Assembly: GCA_963745575.1 (NCBI GenBank)
Contig: CAVUYA010000030.1
Coordinates: 27,913-91,912 of the forward strand
DNA: 64,000 nt
Reading direction: 5' to 3'
Source: an uncultured Actinomycetota bacterium
GTDB taxonomy: Bacteria; Actinomycetota; Actinomycetes; Streptosporangiales; Streptosporangiaceae
Within the stretch, counting starts at the first letter, position 1. Each line of letters begins with the position of its first letter. The notes under the pieces were generated by a model. That model did not search any database. It was not told the DNA's origin and was given only the letters and a program-made list of their open reading frames with translations. A program made the position numbers and the translations under genes. Of this stretch, positions 9,506-19,092 are shown piece after piece.

Positions 9506-10143
9506 CCAGCGCCAGCGGCTCCGAGCCGCGTGCCCCCGCCGAGCCCGACGTCGCGCCGGCCGACCCGCCACGCGCCGGGAAATCACGCGGTTTGCCGTTG
9601 CCCGGCGGAAAACGGGCCGCCACGGGCCTGATCGTTACGGTCGCCGTGATCGTGGTCCTGGTCGGGGCGGTCATCGCGATCGACTCGACCTCGCACCGGG
9701 GCGCCACGCCGGCCCCCCCGCGGCCCGCGCCGGCGTTCACGCTGCCGTCCCTGCGCGACCCGGCCCAGCAGGTCTCGCTCAGCGCCTACCGCGGCCAGCC
9801 GGTCATCGTGAACTTCTTCGCGTCGTGGTGTGTCCCGTGCAAGAAGGAGACGCCGCTGCTGGCCGGCTTCTACCGCTCGTCGCGCGGCAAGGTCGTGATC
9901 ATCGGCGTGGACGCGGACGACAGCGCGCCGAACGCCCGCAGCTTCGTGACGGCCAGCGGGGTGGCCTATCCGGTCGCCTTCGAGACCACGCCCGCGATCG
10001 CCGACGCCTACGGCGTCAGCGGGCCCGGGATTCCCGAGACCTTCTTCCTGGATGCCAGGCACCGCATCGTCAAGCGCGTCCTCGGGGGCGTGACCAGGAA
10101 GGAGCTGACCGCCGGGGTGGCCTTGATGGAGGGAACCCAGTGA
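9502..10143 (+). CDS. TlpA/ResA-like membrane-anchored thiol:disulfide oxidoreductase
   Basis: Last 214 aa of track ORF 8638-10143. TM anchor LIVTVAVIVVLVGAVIAI. Thioredoxin motif FFASWCVPCKKE. Confidence 0.85.
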   Translation: MTSASGSEPRAPAEPDVAPADPPRAGKSRGLPLPGGKRAATGLIVTVAVIVVLVGAVIAIDSTSHRGATPAPPRPAPAFTLPSLRDPAQQVSLSAYRGQPVIVNFFASWCVPCKKETPLLAGFYRSSRGKVVIIGVDADDSAPNARSFVTASGVAYPVAFETTPAIADAYGVSGPGIPETFFLDARHRIVKRVLGGVTRKELTAGVALMEGTQ

Positions 10144-10769
10144 GCCCGCCCGTGCGCACGGATCCGCCGTACGTCCCGATCCGGCATACCCGGTGGGCCA
10201 CCCGCCGCACCCCCCGCTGGGTGCTGCTGGCGATCGCCGTCGTGCTGGCGGGCACGGTCCTGGTCGCGCTGGTGCACAGGCCCTCGCCGTCGGAGCGCGC
10301 GTCCGACCTGCGGGGGTTCCTGGGTGACATGCAGTACGACATCCAGTCCTGCGCGGGCGGGGTCCGCGACTCCCTGACCGCGCTGCGGCAGATCGAGTCC
10401 GGCGCCAGCCACGACGTGGACACCGCGGTCTACATCGCCAACACCGGCGCGGCCAACTGCTCCCCCGCGAACAACGAGCTGCTCGACGACCTGGAGACCT
10501 ACCAGGTGACCGAGTCGCTGGCCAGCTTCGGCCTGGGCCGCGCGGTCACCGGCCTGGTGGACTGGGCCGCCCCCGACGCCCAGAACGTGCAGACCGACGT
10601 CGCGCGGATCCTGCAGGCGCCCAATGCCCAGGCCAAGGCCAGCGACACCGCCGCGTTGCAGCAGGCGCTGCGCACCCTGGACGCCCAGCGCGCGAAGGTC
10701 GACAAGATCATGGAATCCGCCATCGCGTCGCTGTCCGCCCACGCGACGCCGCCCAGCCTGCCGGGGTAA
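10140..10769 (+). CDS. Membrane-anchored extracytoplasmic helical protein with two Cys (unknown function)
   Basis: GTG 10140 overlaps the TlpA stop (GTGA). TM WVLLAIAVVLAGTVLVALV. In frame with track ORF 9825-10769. Confidence 0.55.
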   Translation: MSPPVRTDPPYVPIRHTRWATRRTPRWVLLAIAVVLAGTVLVALVHRPSPSERASDLRGFLGDMQYDIQSCAGGVRDSLTALRQIESGASHDVDTAVYIANTGAANCSPANNELLDDLETYQVTESLASFGLGRAVTGLVDWAAPDAQNVQTDVARILQAPNAQAKASDTAALQQALRTLDAQRAKVDKIMESAIASLSAHATPPSLPG

Positions 10770-10773
10770 TCCG

Positions 10774-12614
10774 ATGCCAGGGATGAATTCCGGACTCAAC
10801 GCCAACAACCCGGTGCTGGTCGCCGCGTTCCGGGCGGCCCTGCTGCACCAGGGCCTGATCGTGCTGCTGATCTTCGCGGTGCTGGCCGTCGCGTGGGTCA
10901 GCGCCCGGGAGTGGCTCCGGCCCGGTAGGCCCGCCGGGCCCGCCGGCCCCGAGCCGGCCTGGCGGACGCTGCTGCGGATCGGCTTCGGCGCCCTGTGGAT
11001 CATCGACGGGCTGCTGCAGGCCCAGCCGGCCATGGCCGCCGGGCTCCCCTCGCAGGTCATCGAGCCCACCGCGGCGAGCTCGCCCGGCTGGGTGCAGCAC
11101 GTCGTGAACTGGGCCGGCACGGCCTGGTCGTACCACCCGATCCAGGCGGGCGCCGCGGTGGTCTGGATCCAGATCGGGATCGGCGTGTGGCTGATCACCG
11201 CGGCGCGGGGCGCGTGGTCCAGGCTCGCCGGGCTGGCCAGCGTGGCCTGGGGCCTGGTGGTCTGGGTCTTCGGCGAGTCCTTCGGCGGGATCTTCGCCCC
11301 CGGCCTGACCTGGCTGTTCGGCGCGCCGGGCGCGGCGGCGCTCTACTGCGCCGCCGGGGTCCTGATCGCCCTGCCCGAGCGCAGCTGGACGACGGCGCGG
11401 ATCGGCCGGACGATCCTGGCCGCGGCGGGCGCGTTCTTCCTCGGCATGGCCGTGCTGCAGGCCTGGCCGGGACGGGGCTTCTGGCAGGGCACGCGGCACG
11501 GCCAGCGAGGCACCCTCGCCGACATGGTCCACTCCATGGCCGGCACCCCGCAGCCGACCCTCTTCGCCGGGTGGGTCCGCGGCTTCGGATCGTTCACCGA
11601 GGCGCACGGGTTCGCGGTGAACCTGTTCGCCGTGATCGCGCTGGCGGCTATCGGCGCGGGCCTGGTCACGGTGGCCGCGGGCCGCGGGCCGGCCTGGCTG
11701 GGCCGGGTCACGCTCATCGCCACGATCGCGTCATGCCTGGCGGACTGGGTGCTGATCGAGGACTTCGGCGTCTTCGGCGGGCTGGGCACCGACCCCAACA
11801 GCATGATCCCGATCATCCTGCTGGTGGGGGCCGGCTACCTGGCGCTGGCCCCGGTCCCGGTCCCGGCCGAGGAACCGGCCGGCCGCGGCCGGCCGAGCCA
11901 GCCGCGGCAGCCGGGACGGCGTGGCGGCCGGCCCAGCTGGCGCGGGCGTTCGGCGCGGCGAGCACCCGGGCGGTCCTGGCCGCCTGGGCGGTCGCGATGA
12001 TCATCCTCGGCGCGGCGCCGATGGCGCTCGCCCAGGCCAGCCCGAACGCCTCCCCGATCATCGCCGAGGCGATCGACGGCGACTCCGCTCCGCTGAACTT
12101 CACGGCACCCCCCTTCACCCTGACCGGCCAGGACGGCCGGCCGGTCAGCCTGGCCAGCCTGCGCGGCAAGGTGGTGCTGCTCACCTTCCTCGACCCGGTC
12201 TGCACCAGCGACTGCCCGCTGATCGCCCAGGAGTTCCGCCAGGCCGACCAGATGCTCGGCGCGAAGTCACACGGCGTCGAGCTGGTCGCGATCGTGGCCA
12301 ACCCGCTGTACCGCTCGGTCGCCTACACCCGGGCCTTTGACACCCAGGAGCGGCTGGCCACCGTGCCGAACTGGCTGTTCCTGACCGGCACCCTGCCCCA
12401 GCTCCAGCAGACCTGGAAGAACTACGCGATCGCCGCCGAGATCGCGCCGGCCGGCGGGATGATCCTGCACAACGACGTGGCCTACGTCATCGACGCGAAC
12501 GGGCGCACCAGGACCGAGCTCAACCTCGACCCGGGGCCGGGCACGGCGAGCACGAAGTCCTCGTTCGCCGTCGAGCTCTCCGCCGCCGCCGAGCACGTCA
12601 TGAGACCGTCATGA
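10774..12614 (+). pseudogene. Polytopic membrane domain fused to SCO1/SenC copper chaperone domain (one frame change as assembled)
   Basis: The frame from ATG 10774 gives about 9 TM helices. The frame ending at 12614 gives a TM helix plus a SCO1 fold with LDPVCTSDCP (CxxxC). Frames switch near 11885-11935. The SCO frame has no ATG/GTG/TTG between 11880 and ATG 11997, and ATG 11997 would cut the helix. Confidence 0.6.
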
Positions 12615-13776
12615 GCCCGGGCCGCCTGCCCGTCATCCTGGCCGCCGGAGGGCCTGCTGATCGCCGGGGCCCTGGCGGGCTGCGGTGCCGCGCCCGCGGC
12701 CAGCCCGGCGGGGCCGGCCGTCCCCGCCGCCCCGCCGCCGCTGCAGACGTCGTTCGCCGACGGCACGGGCACCGGCTGGGCGATCGTGGAGATGGGCGGC
12801 TCGGCCGCCCAGGAGGAGAACTTCTGGGAGCTGTTCGCGCGGCCGGCGGGCGCGGCGGCCTGGCGGCTGGTGACTCCCGGCGGGGTGGCCGACAACGGCG
12901 GCCTCGTGGCCGCCCCGGCCGGCGGCGCATCGCTGCTGACCGGGTTCCTGCCCAGCCAGGACCTCACGTTCTCCCCCCTCGCCGCCACCAGTGACAGCGG
13001 TGCGAGCTGGTCGACCGCGGGCCCGGTGAACCCCGGCCTGGCCCATGTCCCGGACGCGCTCGCGGCCGGGCCGGGTGGCAGCCTCATCGCGCTGACCAGC
13101 GGCGGAGCCGAGCTCGGCCAGCACGGCGGTGCCGCGTGGACCCGCTTGTCCACCGCCCGGGCGCTGGCCGCGACCCCGGCGGGCCAGGCCTGCCAGGTGA
13201 CCGGCCTGACCGCGGTGGCGTTCGGCAGCGCCAGTGCTCCGGTGCCGGGTACCGCCCCGGTGCTCGGGACCGGCTGCAGCCGCCCGGCCTTCGCGGGCAT
13301 CTTTACCGACAGCGGCGGCCGCTGGCACGCCGCGGGCCCGGCCGTGCCGAACGTCCGCGCGGACATCGAGGTGCTCCGGCTGGCCTCGGCCGGCACCGGC
13401 CTGGTGGCGCTGCTGCAGGCCGGACGCGGGCCGGACGCGAGCACCATCGCCGCCTGGTACGACGGGAGCCGGTGGACCCTCTCGGCCCCGCTGCGCACCG
13501 GGATCGTGCGGTCGACGGCGATCGGCCCGGGCGGCTCCGTCGGCATCATCCTGAACGCCGCGCGCGCCGCCACCCTGGCCGGCCCGGGGGCGTCGTGGCG
13601 CGCGCTGCCCGCGCTGCCCCGGTGGACCGCCACGCTCGCGCTTGGGACCCGGCGGGCAGGTGGACGCGATCGCGGCCCACGCCAGCACGTTCACGGACTG
13701 GCGCTTGTCCCCGGCCGCGGGATGGAGCCAGGGGCAGACGATCCGCGTCACGATCCCGTACGGGTCATCGGGCTGA
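12611..13776 (+). pseudogene. Asp-box (BNR) / Ycf48-like beta-propeller lipoprotein (two frame changes as assembled)
   Basis: MSPGRLPVILAAG (frame of 12611) continues as GLLIAGALAGCGAAP (lipobox) in the frame of 12786. Asp-boxes SDSGASW and DSGGRW. The C-terminus ...VDAIAAHASTFTDWRLSPAAGWSQGQTIRVTIPYGSSG* lies in a third frame from about 13650. ATGA overlap with the SCO1 stop. Confidence 0.55.
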
Positions 13777-13782
13777 GCCGCC

Positions 13783-14691
13783 ATGAGCTACCTGACCGAG
13801 CACTGGTCGTTCGACCCGTTCCTGATCATCGCGATCATCCTGGTCGTGTGGCACGAGATCGGCCTGGCCCGGCTGGCCCGCCGCTCCCGCCCGGAGCGCA
13901 CCCGCCAGCGCCGGCTGCGCTCGCTCTGGTTCTACGGCGGGCTGGTCGTGCTGCTGCTGGCGGTCGAATCGCCGGTCGACTACTGGGCGGACGACTACTT
14001 CTTCGTGCACATGGTCCAGCACCTGCTGCTGATGTTCGCGGCGCCGGTACTGATCGTCGCCGGGGCGCCCTGGCAGCCGCTGCTGGACGGCCTGCCGTGG
14101 CGGACCGGCCGCAGCGTCACCGCCGGGGTCATGCGCGGCGGCTGGTCACGGCCGTTGCGCGCGGCCGGCGGCTGGCTGCTGCGGCCGTGGGTGGCCGTGG
14201 TGCTGTTCAACGCCGTGATGCTGTTCTGGCACGTCCCGGGGCCGTTCGACCTGGCCGAGAACAACCAGTACGTGCACATCTGGCTGATGCACTCGACCTT
14301 CTTCATCGCGGGCGTGCTGTTCTGGCTGCAGTTCATCCCCTCCCCGCCGTTCCGGATGCGGATGCCGCCCGAGGCGCAGGCGGTGGCGCTGGTCGGGACG
14401 AACGTCATCATGTGGATCCTGGCCATGTCGATGAGCTTCCTCACCCAGGTGTCGTGGTATCCGGTCTACGGCCACATCCCCGGGGTCACCCTCGCGCCGT
14501 TCGCCGACCAGCAGATCGGAGCCGGGATCCTCTGGGTGTGCGGTGACTTCTGGGCCATCCCCATGCTGATCGTGGTGGTCCGCCGCATCATCGACGCCGA
14601 CGGCAGCCTGGGCGCGGCGCTGGACCGGATACTCGGCCGGGACAAGGCCGCCGGCACCGGCCCCCGCTGGGCCAGCCGGGCCGGCCGCTGA
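13783..14691 (+). CDS. Cytochrome c oxidase assembly factor CtaG (Caa3_CtaG family)
   Basis: 302-aa polytopic ORF with FFVHMVQHLLLMFAAPVLIVAGAPW and WLMHSTFFIAGVLFWLQFI, typical of the Bacillus-type CtaG/CopD-like family. Confidence 0.75.
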   Translation: MSYLTEHWSFDPFLIIAIILVVWHEIGLARLARRSRPERTRQRRLRSLWFYGGLVVLLLAVESPVDYWADDYFFVHMVQHLLLMFAAPVLIVAGAPWQPLLDGLPWRTGRSVTAGVMRGGWSRPLRAAGGWLLRPWVAVVLFNAVMLFWHVPGPFDLAENNQYVHIWLMHSTFFIAGVLFWLQFIPSPPFRMRMPPEAQAVALVGTNVIMWILAMSMSFLTQVSWYPVYGHIPGVTLAPFADQQIGAGILWVCGDFWAIPMLIVVVRRIIDADGSLGAALDRILGRDKAAGTGPRWASRAGR

Positions 14692-14729
14692 ACCGGCCCG
14701 GACCGGACCACCCTGTTCATCGTGGGCTG

Positions 14730-14756
14730 GCCCTGACGCGAGCCTCGGGTCAGGGC
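14730..14756. terminator. Possible bidirectional stem-loop between convergent genes
   Basis: GCCCTGAC (14730-14737) pairs with GTCAGGGC (14749-14756) across an 11-nt loop. Lies between the CtaG stop (14691) and the methyltransferase stop (14750). No U-tract. Confidence 0.3.
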
Positions 14757-15550
14757 GATTTGCGGGCCTTCCAGACTTCTTCGCACGGCCACTGCTGGGC
14801 CCACTCGAGGGTGGCGAGCGGATGCCGGGTCGTGGCCCCGGCCGGGGGGCGGATCTCGATCAGGTCCTCCACCTCGAAGCCACAGCGGCGCAGCAGCCGG
14901 ATCATGTCTCCGTGGCCGAGGTGGAACTCGACCGACTCGTCGTCCGGCCATTCGAAGCGGTGCATGCCGAAGTAGGGCCGCAGCAGCCGCTCGGTGGCGG
15001 GCAGGTCATCCTCGTCGGGGATCGAGAGCATGAGCTGAACCGCGTTGACCAGGAAGATCAGCCGCCCGCCGGGGCGCAGCAGCCGCGCCGCCTCGGGGAT
15101 CCACTGGTACGGGTCGCACCAGATGCTGGCGCCGTACTCCGAGATCGCCAGGTCGAAGGCGGCGTCGGCGAACGGGGCCTGCTCGGCGCTGGCGTGCAGG
15201 AGCGGGAACCGCAGCCCGAAGCGCTGCTGCAACTCGCGAGCGGTGGCCAGTTGCGCCGGGGAGATATCGAGGGCGACCGGGCGCGCCCCGCGCCGCGCCA
15301 GCCAGGCCGAGACGTAGCCGGTGCCGCAGCCGAGCTCGATGGCGTCGAGCCCGGCCAGGCCCGGCGGCAGGACCCCGACCTGTGCCTCGGGAACGTCCCA
15401 GATGCCCCAGGTCGGCTCGGCCGCCCAGTTACGCTGGCCCGCGTCCGCGTAATCGGGGGCCCAGCGATCCCAGGCCGATCGGTTGCGGTGTACGTGATCG
15501 GGCATCTCGGCCACAACGGCCAGGGTCCTCGCTGTCGCCGCCAGCGTCAA
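14750..15550 (-). CDS. Class I SAM-dependent methyltransferase
   Basis: Motif I LDAIELGCGTGYVSAWLARRG followed by ALDIS. 266 aa. Confidence 0.8.
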   Translation of the reverse strand: MTLAATARTLAVVAEMPDHVHRNRSAWDRWAPDYADAGQRNWAAEPTWGIWDVPEAQVGVLPPGLAGLDAIELGCGTGYVSAWLARRGARPVALDISPAQLATARELQQRFGLRFPLLHASAEQAPFADAAFDLAISEYGASIWCDPYQWIPEAARLLRPGGRLIFLVNAVQLMLSIPDEDDLPATERLLRPYFGMHRFEWPDDESVEFHLGHGDMIRLLRRCGFEVEDLIEIRPPAGATTRHPLATLEWAQQWPCEEVWKARKSP

Positions 15551-15725
15551 CGCGGCCGCTGTCCGTGACCGCCGCCGGGATCGGCAGGGAGCAGGCCGCC
15601 AGGCTGGTCCGGGACATGGCCGGACCCTTCAGGATTCCCGACGCGCTGCGCCGGGCGGATGCCCTCGCCCGCGGCCACACGCCGCCCCCGCGCCCCGGCC
15701 TCCGAGGCCGACACCTAAAGGCAGG

Positions 15726-15908
15726 TCACAGCTGCGCCGCCAAAGCCAGGACCAAGGCGAGAACCACCACAGCGAGGACCACTCTCGCGGCCACCACCGT
15801 GGTGCTGGCCTGGCGGCGGACCGGCGGCCGGTAGACCCGATAGACGCGCGGGCTCTGATCCTTCCGCCGGGGATTCACCGGCCGGGAAATCTCTCTCATC
15901 GCGTGCAC
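15726..15908 (-). CDS. Small basic protein with C-terminal TM helix (unknown function)
   Basis: 60-aa ORF (alternative ATG at 15899): MREISRPVNPRRKDQSPRVYRVYRPPVRRQ...VVLAVVVLALVLALAAQL. Starts directly at the right end of the TnpB element. Confidence 0.35.
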   Translation of the reverse strand: MHAMREISRPVNPRRKDQSPRVYRVYRPPVRRQASTTVVAARVVLAVVVLALVLALAAQL

Positions 15909-17520
15909 CTCTTCGTAAGTACGCTGGTGATCTTACGAGGTCCTCGCGGTGAGGCGAGCGACTCCCCGGCCGACGGTATCCGGCGGGGCGGGCAGGTGCC
16001 TGCCAGGGGACCCGCCGCCGGGGCCGTGATGAGGGCGTCGGCGCGGGTCACGTCGCGCCGGGGACACACCCGGAAGGTGGTTCCCGGCGCGGCGGTGCGT
16101 GACGCCGGCCGCGGAGACGGCCGGCGTGATCCCGCCGGGCGCGCGCCCGGCGATGTTGGCCGCCGCGATCAGGTCGCGGTGGCCGCCCAGCCCGCAGCGC
16201 GGGCAGCAGAACACCCGGCCGGCGGGCCTGGGAACCCGGGCCCGGCACGCCGGGCAGGTCGAAGAGGTACCCCGCTCGTCGAGCAGGGCCAGGGTGATCC
16301 CAGCCTGCGCGGCCTTGTCGCGCAGCACGCTGATCAGGTGGCCGACCCGCCAGTCGCGGGTCCGGCGGTTGTGCCGCCGGCCGGCATCGATGCCCAGGAC
16401 GCCGCGGGGGTCGCCGACGGCCAGGGTGCCGATCCGGCGGGCCACGGCCCAGCCGACCACGGCGCGGGCGGCTTCGTGCTGGGCCTGGCGGACCCGGCGG
16501 GCGTGCCGCGCCTCCACGATCCGCTGGCGGCGCCGGTGGCGCCGCCAGCGCCGGGACCCGCGCTGCCCCGGCCGCGGGGCCCGGCGGGCCACGGCCCGCT
16601 GCCGTGCCTTGGTGTCCCGCAGGTGCAGGTGGTGCTCGGCGCGGATCGCCCGCCCAGACACCAGCAGCGCCTGGCCGTCGGGCCCGGCGACCGCGTACGG
16701 GTGGATGATGCCCAGGTCCACCCCGGCCACCCGGCCGCGATCCGGCTCCGAACCCGGCGGGTAGACCGTGACCGGGACCTCGGCGGTGATATCAGCCCAC
16801 AGCCGCCCCGTGTCATACAGCAGGGTGACCGACCGGACCTGGTCCGGCGGGTACGGCAGGTCCCGGTCCAGGCGCACCCGTAACGGCGGGCAGCCCCGGG
16901 CCACCGGGATCCGCAGCCGCCGGCCCTCCAGCTCAAACTTGCCGTGATACCAGCTCGCCGGCACCATCGCCCGCCGCCGCCGCGGGAACCGCGCCGAGAC
17001 GTCCCCGTCCCGGCGGCGGGCGGCGGCGGCGAACCAGGCATCGGAGTAGCGGCGCAGCACCGACCGGGCGCCAACGGTGTCCAGTTCTCCGAAGCACCCC
17101 GGCCCCGCCGCGGCCAGCTCCCGGCACAACGCCTGATACGACACCAGCGGGGCATCATGCTGAGCGCGCCGCCAGGCATTCAGCTCCAGCACGCAGGCCC
17201 ACACATCCCCGGCCGAGACCAGCAGCCCCACCAGCCGCCGCCGCTGCCCCCGGGTCAGCCGCAGGCCCGCGCGGGCGGTGCGATACACCACTGCGGACTG
17301 CGGCGTACGGTACCTGGGCATACCGCCATCCCACCAGCAGCCACCGACAAACAACCAGGACACCCGACCCGGCCCGCACACCTCGTACCAGGGCAACGCC
17401 CGGCTGGACCAAACGAACCCTTGTCCGTTGCCCGGCACCCATGGTGAATAAACGGGCGCGATCACTAGCGCTATCACCGGACACTCGCATGCGGCGTTCA
17501 CGCCATAGCGACGCGCAAGG
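15900..17520 (-). mobile_element. Stand-alone TnpB element (IS200/IS605 family, IS1341-like; no tnpA); ends approximate
   Basis: A tnpB ORF with structured ends. Stem-loop 15911-15940 overlaps the tnpB stop. The left end abuts TTAC at about 17520-17523, inside the 3' end of the CDF-like ORF. No Y1 or serine transposase gene nearby. Confidence 0.7.
15933..17321 (-). CDS. tnpB: RNA-guided endonuclease TnpB (OrfB_IS605 + Zn ribbon)
   Basis: Start MPRYRTPQSAVVYRT at ATG 17321. RuvC-I GVDLGI, RuvC-II LLDERGTSSTCPAC, zinc ribbon CPAC...CPRC, RuvC-III HRDLIAAANIA. R/P/G-rich tail over the expected omega-RNA region. Confidence 0.9.
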   Translation of the reverse strand: MPRYRTPQSAVVYRTARAGLRLTRGQRRRLVGLLVSAGDVWACVLELNAWRRAQHDAPLVSYQALCRELAAAGPGCFGELDTVGARSVLRRYSDAWFAAAARRRDGDVSARFPRRRRAMVPASWYHGKFELEGRRLRIPVARGCPPLRVRLDRDLPYPPDQVRSVTLLYDTGRLWADITAEVPVTVYPPGSEPDRGRVAGVDLGIIHPYAVAGPDGQALLVSGRAIRAEHHLHLRDTKARQRAVARRAPRPGQRGSRRWRRHRRRQRIVEARHARRVRQAQHEAARAVVGWAVARRIGTLAVGDPRGVLGIDAGRRHNRRTRDWRVGHLISVLRDKAAQAGITLALLDERGTSSTCPACRARVPRPAGRVFCCPRCGLGGHRDLIAAANIAGRAPGGITPAVSAAGVTHRRAGNHLPGVSPARRDPRRRPHHGPGGGSPGRHLPAPPDTVGRGVARLTARTS

Positions 17521-18111
17521 TAACTGACCGAAGATCTCCCGGGCTTCGCGGAGCGCGTAGCCGACGATGACCAGGGCGGCCAGCGGGTCGGCCCACCACC
17601 ACCCGGCCACGGCGTTCAGCACCAGGCCGGCCAGTACCGCGACCGCCAGGATTCCGTCGACCAGGGTGACCCGGCTCTCGGTGATCAGCACCGGATTGCC
17701 GAGGGCTTTCCCGGTCCGTGCCTTGCCGGCCGCGAGCGCGAACATGGCCGCGGCGGTCACGGCGGTCCAGCCGATGCCCAGCGGGCTGTGCCCCGGGTGG
17801 CGGCCGGCGGCCAGGACGATGACGGACTGGATGATGAGATAGGCGGCCAGGGCCAGGAACGCGCCGCCGATCAGCCGCAGCGCCCGGCGCTGCCGGTCCT
17901 CGCCGGTGCCCGACAACTCCCAGAGCACCACCGTGCTGGCGCCGATCTCGATCAGCGAGTCCAGGCCGAACCCGGCCAGCGCGACCGACCGGGCCAGTAT
18001 GGCGGCGACGGCCAGCACGGCCAGGCCTGCCGCGTTCCAGCCCAGGGTGATCCCCTCGAGGATCCGGCCACGCCGCAGCAGCCGGGCTGGCCGTCCTGGG
18101 TCGGCGCGCAC
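17155..18111 (-). CDS. Short six-TM cation-efflux (CDF-like) protein; ORF reads through into the TnpB element
   Basis: The first about 196 aa (to ...VIVGYALREAREIFGQ, coordinate about 17525) are CDF-like (GFGLDSLIEIGAS, WWWADPLAAL). The remaining about 120 aa are translated from the IS left end and overlap tnpB, so they are probably not native. Confidence 0.6.
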   Translation of the reverse strand: MRADPGRPARLLRRGRILEGITLGWNAAGLAVLAVAAILARSVALAGFGLDSLIEIGASTVVLWELSGTGEDRQRRALRLIGGAFLALAAYLIIQSVIVLAAGRHPGHSPLGIGWTAVTAAAMFALAAGKARTGKALGNPVLITESRVTLVDGILAVAVLAGLVLNAVAGWWWADPLAALVIVGYALREAREIFGQLPCASLWRERRMRVSGDSASDRARLFTMGAGQRTRVRLVQPGVALVRGVRAGSGVLVVCRWLLVGWRYAQVPYAAVRSGVSHRPRGPAADPGAAAAAGGAAGLGRGCVGLRAGAECLAARSA

Positions 18112-18123
18112 TGACCGTTATGG

Positions 18124-19092
18124 CTATCGGTGCGTGGCCAGCGCGGCGTGATAGTCCGCGCCGTCGCGGGGCTGCGGATCGGCGTGCACGAGCGCGGCGG
18201 CCAGCCGGGGCAATGCGTGCAGGAGATCATGTTCGGCGCTGACCGCCACCTGGTGAGCCGCGATCACGCTGGCGTCGGCGTCGACGATGACCTCGCACTC
18301 GGCGCGCATCTGGTGGCCGATCCACCGCAGGCGGACCCGGCCCACGCCGAGCACGCCCGGCGTGGCCCGCAGGGTCTTCTCGGCCTGGTCCAGCACGGCT
18401 GGGTCGACGGCGTCCATGAGGCGCCGCCAGATCTGGATCCCGGCCTGGCGGAGCACCCCGAGAATCACCACGGTGATGACCAGGCCGACGACCGGGTCGG
18501 CCCAGTTCCAGCCGACCGCGGCCCCTCCCACGCCGAGCAGGACGGCCAGGGACGTGACGCCGTCGGCGCGGGCGTGCAGCCCGTCAGCGACCAGGGCCGC
18601 CGAGCCGATCTTGCGTCCCGCGCTGATCCGGTACCGGGCGACCAGCTCGTTGCCGGCGAATCCGATCAGCGCCGCGACGGCGACCGAGGGCAGCCCGGAC
18701 ACCGGTCGCGGGTGAGCGAGCCGGCTGACCGCCGCCCAGGCGGCCAGGGCCGCGGACGCGGCGATGAGCGCCACGATGACCACTCCGGCCAGGTCCTCGG
18801 CCCGCCCGTAGCCGTAGGTGTAGCGGCGCGTCGGCGGCCGCCGGCCCACGATGAACGCAACGGCCAGCGGCACCACCGACAAGGCGTCGATCGCGTTGTG
18901 CAGGGCGTCGCTCAGCAGCGCCACCGAGCCGGACGTCGCCACCACCGCGGCCTGGGCCAGCGCCGTCACCCCGAGCGCCGACGCGGAGACCCACAGCACG
19001 CGCAGAGCCGTGCCCTCGACCGCCGCGGTGCCCGCGGCATCGTGCGCATGCGGGTGCAGCGCGTGGCGGATCCGGCTCGTCATGCGGCTCAT
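18124..19092 (-). CDS. Cation diffusion facilitator family transporter (CzcD/ZitB-like)
   Basis: His-rich N-terminus (HALHPHAHD), SVALLSDALHNAIDA, TYGYGRAEDLAG, LVADGLHARADG, plus a C-terminal cytoplasmic domain. ATG 19092 preferred over track start 19143. Confidence 0.85.
   Translation of the reverse strand: MSRMTSRIRHALHPHAHDAAGTAAVEGTALRVLWVSASALGVTALAQAAVVATSGSVALLSDALHNAIDALSVVPLAVAFIVGRRPPTRRYTYGYGRAEDLAGVVIVALIAASAALAAWAAVSRLAHPRPVSGLPSVAVAALIGFAGNELVARYRISAGRKIGSAALVADGLHARADGVTSLAVLLGVGGAAVGWNWADPVVGLVITVVILGVLRQAGIQIWRRLMDAVDPAVLDQAEKTLRATPGVLGVGRVRLRWIGHQMRAECEVIVDADASVIAAHQVAVSAEHDLLHALPRLAAALVHADPQPRDGADYHAALATHR

Noticed and set aside
8638-10143. 501-aa ORF overlapping the histidine kinase
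   Set aside because: Only the C-terminal 214 aa (from ATG 9502) form the TlpA-like protein. The upstream part is out-of-frame kinase sequence (R/G/P-rich).
15933-17501. Extended 522-aa TnpB starting at 17501
   Set aside because: The 60 extra N-terminal residues are Cys/Trp/Gly-rich and derive from the structured IS left end. TnpB homologs start close to MPRY.. (ATG 17321).
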